Source: Fidelibacterota bacterium (GTDB lineage: Bacteria; Fidelibacterota; Marinisomatia; Marinisomatales; S15-B10). From it: a DNA stretch of 10,729 nt. A program made the position numbers and the translations under genes. Location: NCBI GenBank assembly GCA_046861655.1, contig JBHIAI010000059.1:1-10729 (forward strand), written 5' to 3'. Positions 1 to 6,417 of this stretch are shown one piece after another (positions within the stretch are counted from its first letter, which is position 1; every line of letters begins with the position of its first letter). The notes beneath the pieces are model-generated. The model was not told the origin of the DNA, searched no databases, and was given only the letters and a program-made list of their open reading frames with translations.

Positions 1-3000
1 GGTGATAGTCCCTGACTCCAGGAATTCACTGAGTGAGTAGGAAACCTGGGTATGATTGACGTAGGCCCCACTATCGGGAAACACGTTTGCGATGACAGGT
101 GCGGTCGCGTCAAAAGCCACCCCGGGAACCGTCACAGGTTCGGCAAGGTTGCCCGCCCGGTCCTTCCCTGAAAACATGACCTCGTACACAGACCCTTCCA
201 CCAAATCGGGAGGATTAATCAACTTCATTTCCCGGTGCAACCCGGCCAGAAGTTCATCTCCCGACAGCGATTGAACATGAGGGGAGCCGACATCTTCCGC
301 ACCGTCTACCCTCCTCCATGTGACAGTTCCCTCTCCCAGAGCTTCACTGAGCCGGTAGGTCACCCGGGAGGTCCCCACGGTTCCATTCGGGGGAGGAAAA
401 GTAACTTCCATCCGCGGAGCGGTAACATCGTAAAGGACTTCGCGAACTGTCAAGGTGTCCGAAACGTTTTCCGCCGCGTCACTTCCCACAAAGGTGATGC
501 TGTAGAGCGAGCTGTCTTCAAGAACCGGTGAAGCGGCCAACAGGATGTTGTCATGAGGACCCCTATTCAGCTCCTCCGCCATCAGTGACACCTCATGAGG
601 AGAACGGGGATCGTCCTTTCCTCCGGTGCGCTCCCAGACAACGGTACCGCGCTCAAGAGTCTCGCTCAAGGTATAGGTCACCCTTGGGGAATTCACATGA
701 CCGAAACTGGCGGGACTCACTCCGGTGAACCGGGGCGCCGTATCATCGAATATCAACCCGGGTATGTGAACAGCACTGGCTTCATTTCCTGCCCTGTCCT
801 TGGCCCGGAAGATAAGGGTGTAAACTCCCCCCTCGGTCAGTCGGGGTGGGGCCGATATCGGAGCGGTCCGGGGGTGCTTCCCAGGCTCCAGTTCACCGTC
901 GGTCAGAGGAATCACATGTTCTCCAACCTCGTCTGGGGTTCCTCCCGTCCTTTTCCAGCTCACCGATCCTTCCGCCAGTCGTTCAGTTACCAGGTACTCC
1001 AGCTCGAGATTCCGAACAGGAGAGTACGCCACGGGATAGGAAACTTCCAGGGAAGGAGGTGTTTTGTCAAAGAGGATGTTCCCTACCAGCATCGTATCCG
1101 ATCGGTTGAGGGCCAGGTCCACTCCCAGGATCATGATGTCGTAAACGGAGCTGTCCATCAGGATCGGACTGTTCACGAGTGGAATGTCTCCATGCTCTCC
1201 TGGAGCCAGCTCTTCCCCTTCAAGAGGGACGGTGTGAGGTGAAAAGGGATCCGTCCTGCCCCCTGTCTGGGTCCAGATCACGGTGGCCTCACTGAGTGGT
1301 TCACTGAGCGAATAACGAAGTTGAGAAGAATTGATGGGCGTTCCTTTCTCCGGCCAGGTGATTGCTACCCGAGGTCGGGACGTATCGAAAGTAACCTCTC
1401 TTACTTCGCTGGGGGAAGCCGGCTTGAGACCCAGGTCTCTCCCTTCCGCCACAACAGCATACACCGCACCGTCGACCAGTTCGGGAGAGTTCAGAAGCAG
1501 GAAACGGTCATGGTCTCCCGATGCCAGTTCCTGTCCCACCAGCTCCACTTCGTGTGGGGCCCCGTCATCACGATTCCCCCCCGTCCAGTTCCAGGTAACG
1601 GTGGCTTCCTTAAGCATTTCGCTTAACCGGTAGCCTACCTGAGCCGTTGAAACGCGCGTACCCGGGAGGGGGTAAACCAGCTCTATTTCCGGCGGCGTTG
1701 AATCGTAGACTATATGCCTGGCCACCGCACTCTCAGACACGTTGCCGGCCGTATCAGTCCCGGTGAGAGAAAGATCGTAGATAGACCCGTCCCGGAGATC
1801 AGGAGATTCCGAAAGGGTAAGGGTGTCATGGCGGCCGCCGGCCAATTCTTCCCCTGTGAGATTGGTGATGTGGGGGGATCCGGGGTCGGTTTCTCCGCCC
1901 ACCTGAGTCCATACGACTACACCGTCTCTCAACGGTTCACTCAGAACGTAGGAGACCTGTTTCGAGCTGACAAAAGAGCTGTCAACCGGATAAAGACCGG
2001 TTATGACAGGCGCAGTGAAATCATAGAAAACATCGGGGATCACCACGGGGTCGGCTTCGTTGGCGGCCAGGTCCCGGGCCGTAATGGTTACTCTGTAGGA
2101 GACACCCTCCTCAATCTGAGGTACGATGTCCCGAAGCTCGAAACGATGATCCCCCCTGGTAAGAAAGGCCGTGTCCAGAGAGGCGGTAAGCGCCTCTCCC
2201 ATAGCCGTGTCCTCTTCCATCCGTTGCCAGTTGACTCTGGCAGATGACAAGTCTTCGCTAAAGGATGTGATGAATTCCGGCCTGTTTGTCACCAGACCCG
2301 CCAGGGGCAGAAAGGCGGAGATCTTGGGGGGTGACTGGTCAAAGGAAACGCCGGCAATAACCAGAGAGTCGGAAGGATTCCCCGCCAGATCGCTCCCATG
2401 CACCCAAACATCGTAAACGGCACCATCCACAAGCTCGGGAGCGTTCCTTGGCAGCAAATACGGATGTTTCCCCGCCTTAAGCTCACTTCCTACCATTGGG
2501 ACGGTGTGAGGCGTCTGGGGATCGCCAATTCCTTCTCTCCATTCCCAGACAAGCTCACCGGATGCCAGTTCTTCGCTTAACGAATACGATACCACGGGGG
2601 CGCTCACATGCTCCCCAGCCCCGGGTTTCACCCAGACGAACTCCGGCCGCAGGGTGTCATAGCGTATGCCGGAAACCTGAAAGGCCGGCCCACGGTTTCC
2701 GGCAAGATCCGTGCCCTGGAAGAAAACGGAGTACACCGTTCCATCGTTGAGATCAACGCGGTCGCCAAAGGAAACACTCTCATGCACCCCCTTTTCGACC
2801 GCCTCTCCCGATAATTCCACAACGTGAGGCGCGTTCGGGTCCCTCCTTCCCCGTTCCCATACCCAGAGAATCTCGGCCCTGGCCAGGGATTCGTGCAGGG
2901 TGAGCGACAGTTCCGGGACGTTAACTACGGGTGAAGAGTCTATTTCGTAGGTGGGCGGTGTCTCATCGTAGGTCACGTGATGAAACACCAATTCCCGGGC

Positions 3001-3291
3001 GGGGAAACCACTTTCCCCTCTACCGGTGAACCGGACGGAATAGACTGCGCCGTCCACCAACAAGGGTGCTTCCCGGACAAGAAGCCGTGGGTAATCCCCT
3101 CTCTGCATCTCTTCCTCGGCCAGGGACAGGGTGCGGGGAGATCCGGGATCGGCCTTTCCCCTTTCCCATTCCCAAACGACCCGGCCTTCTGTCAGGTTTT
3201 CCACAAGAGAATAGGACAGGACCGGTTGATTGATGAAAAAAGAGTCCCGGGGCGACGTCACGTGAAACAAGGAGGCCATGCCCTGTTCATC
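1..3291 (-). repeat. Protein-level tandem array: 10 complete ~106-aa units plus the start of an 11th
   Basis: The Asp codon of the (Y/F)DxTxP-like boundary motif falls at 2967, 2658, 2340, 2022, 1704, 1386, 1068, 747, 429 and 111. Spacings are 309, 318, 318, 318, 318, 318, 321, 318 and 318 nt. Units are strongly diverged in DNA sequence. Confidence 0.92.
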
Positions 3292-3927
3292 AATGGGGAG
3301 ATGCATGACCAGCACCCGGGCGGAATCGTATTCCCAGATGTCTCTTATCCGGGACTCGCTGTCATACCCGTACAAGAGGCGGCGAACCAGCCTGTGACCG
3401 GGCATTCCCTCCCAGTCTTCCTGTCTGAGGCGGTCCTGGTCGTCATAGCTGAGCTTTACCGCCCCGTACAGAAACCCATTTACATCGAAAAAACGGTACA
3501 CTTTTGGACGGTCTCCCGATTCGTATTCGATGGACGTGAACCTGTCATCGAAATCCTGAACTCTCTTCAACCCGTACACATGCCGGATGAACTTTTCAGA
3601 CATGGGTTCACCGGGACCGAAGAGATAGGTCTCGAGGAGGGTACTATCCTGATCGAGAACGGTTTTGGAGGTCAGGACTCCCGTGATGGAGTCGTACTGG
3701 AACCATTCGAATTGTATCGGGACCCCTTTCTTCCGGTAAGAAGCTTTGGAAAGGACGTCGCCGTCACGGGAGTAACGGACTTCCAGATACGGCTTCCAGC
3801 CTATCTGTCTTTCTGTGATTTCCATGTTCCGCCGGAAGTCTTCCTCTGACCGGAAAAAGCGGACAGTGTCTACCTGGCCGGTCAACAAGACCAGGAAAGA
3901 GAGGACGAACAGGGAGATACTCTTCAC
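1..3927 (-). CDS. Giant secreted Ig-like repeat protein (>=1309 aa, runs off the left edge): signal peptide, YD/RHS-like N-terminal domain, >=10 tandem Ig-like (Big-type) domains
   Basis: Hand translation of the minus frame from GTG 3927 gives 1309 codons with no stop down to position 1; an in-frame TGA (3933-3931) lies two codons upstream. The N-terminus MKSISLFVLSFLVLLTG|QVDTVRFF looks like a signal peptide. Recurring motifs are SYxLSExL, WxxxGGxxDPxSPH, LxDGxVY, GxDxAGN and (Y/F)DxTxP. It is absent from the ORF track, presumably because it has no stop in the window. Confidence 0.93.
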   Translation of the reverse strand, partial: MKSISLFVLSFLVLLTGQVDTVRFFRSEEDFRRNMEITERQIGWKPYLEVRYSRDGDVLSKASYRKKGVPIQFEWFQYDSITGVLTSKTVLDQDSTLLETYLFGPGEPMSEKFIRHVYGLKRVQDFDDRFTSIEYESGDRPKVYRFFDVNGFLYGAVKLSYDDQDRLRQEDWEGMPGHRLVRRLLYGYDSESRIRDIWEYDSARVLVMHLPIDEQGMASLFHVTSPRDSFFINQPVLSYSLVENLTEGRVVWEWERGKADPGSPRTLSLAEEEMQRGDYPRLLVREAPLLVDGAVYSVRFTGRGESGFPARELVFHHVTYDETPPTYEIDSSPVVNVPELSLTLHESLARAEILWVWERGRRDPNAPHVVELSGEAVEKGVHESVSFGDRVDLNDGTVYSVFFQGTDLAGNRGPAFQVSGIRYDTLRPEFVWVKPGAGEHVSAPVVSYSLSEELASGELVWEWREGIGDPQTPHTVPMVGSELKAGKHPYLLPRNAPELVDGAVYDVWVHGSDLAGNPSDSLVIAGVSFDQSPPKISAFLPLAGLVTNRPEFITSFSEDLSSARVNWQRMEEDTAMGEALTASLDTAFLTRGDHRFELRDIVPQIEEGVSYRVTITARDLAANEADPVVIPDVFYDFTAPVITGLYPVDSSFVSSKQVSYVLSEPLRDGVVVWTQVGGETDPGSPHITNLTGEELAGGRHDTLTLSESPDLRDGSIYDLSLTGTDTAGNVSESAVARHIVYDSTPPEIELVYPLPGTRVSTAQVGYRLSEMLKEATVTWNWTGGNRDDGAPHEVELVGQELASGDHDRFLLLNSPELVDGAVYAVVAEGRDLGLKPASPSEVREVTFDTSRPRVAITWPEKGTPINSSQLRYSLSEPLSEATVIWTQTGGRTDPFSPHTVPLEGEELAPGEHGDIPLVNSPILMDSSVYDIMILGVDLALNRSDTMLVGNILFDKTPPSLEVSYPVAYSPVRNLELEYLVTERLAEGSVSWKRTGGTPDEVGEHVIPLTDGELEPGKHPRTAPISAPPRLTEGGVYTLIFRAKDRAGNEASAVHIPGLIFDDTAPRFTGVSPASFGHVNSPRVTYTLSETLERGTVVWERTGGKDDPRSPHEVSLMAEELNRGPHDNILLAASPVLEDSSLYSITFVGSDAAENVSDTLTVREVLYDVTAPRMEVTFPPPNGTVGTSRVTYRLSEALGEGTVTWRRVDGAEDVGSPHVQSLSGDELLAGLHREMKLINPPDLVEGSVYEVMFSGKDRAGNLAEPVTVPGVAFDATAPVIANVFPDSGAYVNHTQVSYSLSEFLESGTIT

Positions 3928-3933
3928 AATTCA

Positions 3934-3962
3934 AGTTTACGCCTCCGGGGAAAGAGTGTCAA
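3934..3962 (-). promoter_or_regulatory. sigma-70-type promoter of the giant gene (probably leaderless)
   Basis: Minus strand reads TTGACA (3962-3957), 17 nt, TAAACT (3939-3934), 6 nt (TGAATT), then the GTG start at 3927. Confidence 0.75.
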
Positions 3963-3972
3963 ACTGTGTATT

Positions 3973-4116
3973 GGGGTCAGGTCTTAAATCTTAAGTACCC
4001 AGATGTCGGTCATCTTCCTTGTGCTTCTCCCCCCTTTTTCCTTGGCTAAACTTTTGATGGGTGGGCTCCATCTGTTTGTGGTTGAATCCTTGACTTAAGA
4101 TTTAAGACCTGACCCC
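3973..4116. mobile_element. 144-bp non-coding MITE/REPIN-like element with perfect 24-bp terminal inverted repeats
   Basis: GGGGTCAGGTCTTAAATCTTAAGT (3973-3996) is the exact reverse complement of ACTTAAGATTTAAGACCTGACCCC (4093-4116), with a 96-bp spacer. No target-site duplication is visible (left flank GTATT, right flank GACTA). The repeat is directly observed; mobility is inferred. Confidence 0.65.
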
Positions 4117-5184
4117 GACTACTTTTCTTCCGAAATTTCCACCGGGAATAAACAGGTTCAACCCAACCTTGATCTGAAGGTCGGCGATCCCTCTGAACGC
4201 GCTGTGGTACCAGACGCCCACGTCTGTGGACAACCACCGGTTGAAGAAGAACCTGACACCCCCTGTGGCCATGTACCCAATGTTCACATCGATCCGTCTC
4301 TTCTTCACATTGTACTCGTAGTTTGATTCCGTCTGGAGTTCAAACATGAGCTTGGTTTGTGGGTTGGACTCGATGTCGAATCCGAAGAATCCTCCTATGA
4401 GATTCTTCTGCTTTTCCGTCGAATCCTGGAAACCCGAGGCGTTCCAGTAGTCCACAGACAGTTCCTTCACTCTCACATCCGTCAGGGTCGCACCGCCGTG
4501 GAGACTCAGGGTCCACAGCCTCAGGGTCGATACCACATACATGGTCGTAAAACGGGTGTCATACCCGAGATTCTTCACCTGTCTACCATCCTCCTCCCTG
4601 AAACGCACACCTGCGGCTTTGATCACGCTTTCATCGCCAAGTACGTCCTGCCAGTTGGCGGAGCTTCGGAAGGCGACCGCCAGGGTGGGGAGATGCCAGC
4701 GGTTTTCGGGAATGAGCAGAAGTTTGAAGGCGGAGGTGGGAAACACCGTGGATCCCCTGGCGATGTTGGTCACCATCCCCACAGTGCTGAATTCCACTTC
4801 CGCAATATCGCCCAAACCGATACCGACTTTTCCCAGGAATGACTGGTCAGTGGCCACCCCAAAGGCCCCTCCGCCCACTACACGAATGTCCATGGACCCC
4901 AGAACCCGGGCCGTGGGGACGGAAAACAGTCTGGGGGGATCGATCCGTTCTGAAATAAACCTTCGCTTGAATCGTTCTCCCTTCTGATTCTCCGCAACCC
5001 AGTGGGATAACTCGTCGGCCATGGATTCCCCGCAGTTGGAGCAGAACCGGTTGGTGGCGGGGTTTTCAACATCGCACTCGGAACAAATCAGGGTCTCCGG
5101 TTGCTGACCGAAAGCGAACACCGCAAACAAGGCGACAATCACCAAACAGCCCGCTCTGGAAAAGGTCCGGAATGATCGATTCAT
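4102..5184 (-). CDS. Exported protein with N-terminal zinc ribbon (C34-x2-C37-x10-C48-x2-C51) fused to a probable outer-membrane beta-barrel (YjbH-like)
   Basis: 360 aa, with AGGAGG SD (5196-5191) 6 nt before the ATG. Signal peptide ...ALFAVFAFG|QQ, then CSEC...NRFCSNCG, then RLFSVPTARVL and amphipathic beta-strands (VGIGLGDIAEVEF, GGVRFFF, LSTDVGVWY, LQIKVGLNLF). Confidence 0.85.
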   Translation of the reverse strand: MNRSFRTFSRAGCLVIVALFAVFAFGQQPETLICSECDVENPATNRFCSNCGESMADELSHWVAENQKGERFKRRFISERIDPPRLFSVPTARVLGSMDIRVVGGGAFGVATDQSFLGKVGIGLGDIAEVEFSTVGMVTNIARGSTVFPTSAFKLLLIPENRWHLPTLAVAFRSSANWQDVLGDESVIKAAGVRFREEDGRQVKNLGYDTRFTTMYVVSTLRLWTLSLHGGATLTDVRVKELSVDYWNASGFQDSTEKQKNLIGGFFGFDIESNPQTKLMFELQTESNYEYNVKKRRIDVNIGYMATGGVRFFFNRWLSTDVGVWYHSAFRGIADLQIKVGLNLFIPGGNFGRKVVGVRS

Positions 5185-5232
5185 TTCATACCTCCTTTCG
5201 TTCGGGATGACAGTCGTACGCGGGGATACTCG

Positions 5233-5248
5233 TTCAAACTCCGTGCCA
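5233..5248 (-). promoter_or_regulatory. sigma-54 (RpoN) -24/-12 promoter for the 4102-5184 gene
   Basis: Minus strand TGGCACG-GAGT-TTGAA versus consensus TGGCACG-N4-TTGCW: perfect -24 box, exact spacing, one mismatch at -12 (GA for GC). It is correctly oriented about 50 nt upstream of the ATG, and a GAFTGA activator is encoded upstream. Confidence 0.75.
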
Positions 5249-5260
5249 ACAGGATAAACT

Positions 5261-5289
5261 CATAGCCCCGGGCTCATACCGGCGCTATG
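5261..5289. repeat. Imperfect inverted repeat (11-bp arms, 1 mismatch, 7-nt loop); possible hairpin or weak terminator
   Basis: CATAGCCCCGG (5261-5271) pairs with CCGGCGCTATG (5279-5289). It is followed on the minus strand only by AGTTT. Confidence 0.4.
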
Positions 5290-5305
5290 GGAAGAGTCGA
5301 TGGAG

Positions 5306-5343
5306 GTCTCAGCTTTCTGAAGGATTTTTCAGAAAACTGAGAC
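5306..5343. promoter_or_regulatory. 16-bp-arm dyad: candidate enhancer (UAS) for the sigma-54 activator and/or operon 3' hairpin
   Basis: GTCTCAGCTTTCTGAA (5306-5321) pairs with TTCAGAAAACTGAGAC (5328-5343), with one mismatch that is a G-U pair in the minus-strand RNA. It abuts the stop codon at 5344 and has no U-tract. It lies roughly 85-120 nt upstream of the expected sigma-54 start site. Confidence 0.5.
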
Positions 5344-6417
5344 TCAGAAACTGGACTGGAAGCCGAGTTCTACAAGCACTTTGTCATAGTATTGCTGGTT
5401 CCAGATAGTCTCGTTGTTCAGGATGCTCAACTGGAGAAAAAAGATCCTGTTTTCCGAAGCGGTTCTTTCCAGTTGGAGATACGTACGGTTCTGTATTCTC
5501 TCCTCAGGATCCCTGAAACCGCTTAGACCCTGGATACGGGGATACCGGTATCGCTTGTCCACCCGCTGATAGACCAGATGAAAGAAGTAAAGATGTCCCA
5601 GGCGACCGGATACGTACACCCGGTACGCTCCCAGATCGAATTCCCCGATGACACTGTTCGAATTGACAAACTGGAGGGCTCCCTGAATCCCAAAGACGAC
5701 TTTTCCCCCGTAATGAAGGTGAACTAGACCCTTCAACGATTCGTCTACCTGGTCGAAACCCAGCCCCGTGAGTGTACTGTCCCTGGACAGGGCTAATGCT
5801 TCGAAGTCATCGTAGTCCACACTCCCCAGAATCGCTGCCGCCCGGGCCGAAATCCGGTCCGTGACTGCGTATTCCAGTTCGAACTCCACCATTCTGTCTG
5901 AAAACCGGAAAACCTCGGAAGGGACAAAGGCAGTGGTGCGGTAGAGGCCATTCACCTGGACCCTAAGGGCCCGGGAAGGGAGAACCCCGAACCCGGCCAT
6001 CCCTTCTGACCACCCGTAACGTCGGGTCTGAAGGAAGAAGGCTTTGGAAAAATGTGCGAAATTGAATACGGAGTAGAAGAGGGGGGACAGAAAGTACCGG
6101 AATCCTGAATCCAGATTGACCGCCAGTTTGGACTCCTCCGGGATTCCACCGTCAAGGAAGAGATGGGCCATCAGGGTTCCGCTTCCACTGGCCCGGGAGC
6201 CAAGAACTTCATGTGACAGGCGGCCGCCAATCTTGAAACCTCCGCTGGAGAGAGGGTTGCCCAGCCTCTCCAGGACGTTGGAATCAAAATACGGGGAAAC
6301 CTGATAGTGACCCGTGAACCCGGGCAGATCGGCGCCGGAAAGAAGCAGAATAGAAGCGAGGGAGAGCCTGGGGAACAGGAAGGAACTAGTAGGCCACTTC
6401 GTACCGGATCTTTTCAA
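5344..6417 (-). CDS. Putative outer-membrane beta-barrel protein (hypothetical)
   Basis: Most plausible start is TTG 6417 (AGGGA 5 nt upstream), giving signal-like MKRSGTKWPTSSFLFPRLSLASILLLSG and 357 aa. It has N-terminal YFDSNV, alternating aromatic/hydrophobic strands throughout, and C-terminal VLVELGFQSSF ending in Phe (beta-signal-like). It overlaps the upstream gene by 32 nt. The start is uncertain. Confidence 0.8.
   Translation of the reverse strand: MKRSGTKWPTSSFLFPRLSLASILLLSGADLPGFTGHYQVSPYFDSNVLERLGNPLSSGGFKIGGRLSHEVLGSRASGSGTLMAHLFLDGGIPEESKLAVNLDSGFRYFLSPLFYSVFNFAHFSKAFFLQTRRYGWSEGMAGFGVLPSRALRVQVNGLYRTTAFVPSEVFRFSDRMVEFELEYAVTDRISARAAAILGSVDYDDFEALALSRDSTLTGLGFDQVDESLKGLVHLHYGGKVVFGIQGALQFVNSNSVIGEFDLGAYRVYVSGRLGHLYFFHLVYQRVDKRYRYPRIQGLSGFRDPEERIQNRTYLQLERTASENRIFFLQLSILNNETIWNQQYYDKVLVELGFQSSF

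Noticed and set aside
92..3849. Numerous plus-strand ORFs (for example 595-1242, 1714-2247, 2977-3849) and short minus-strand ORFs (2289-2486, 2628-2822)
   Set aside because: These are antisense shadows or alternative frames of the giant minus-strand gene. They have no recognisable motifs, while the long minus frame shows a coherent repeat structure.
3973..4116. Tn3-family MITE or CRISPR/array interpretation of the 24-bp repeats
   Set aside because: The IRs are shorter than Tn3 IRs and there is no 5-bp TSD. There are only two copies, in inverted orientation, so it is not a CRISPR array.
4046..4237. 63-aa ORF crossing the inverted-repeat element
   Set aside because: It is an alternative frame of the barrel gene's 3' end, with no transposase or other motif.
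5146..5189. Lipobox at AGC (Cys13) of the Zn-ribbon protein, and a mini-ORF ATG-AAA-TGA (5189-5181) overlapping its start
   Set aside because: Cys13 precedes rather than follows the hydrophobic stretch. The mini-ORF ATG is only 1 nt from the SD, too close for efficient initiation.
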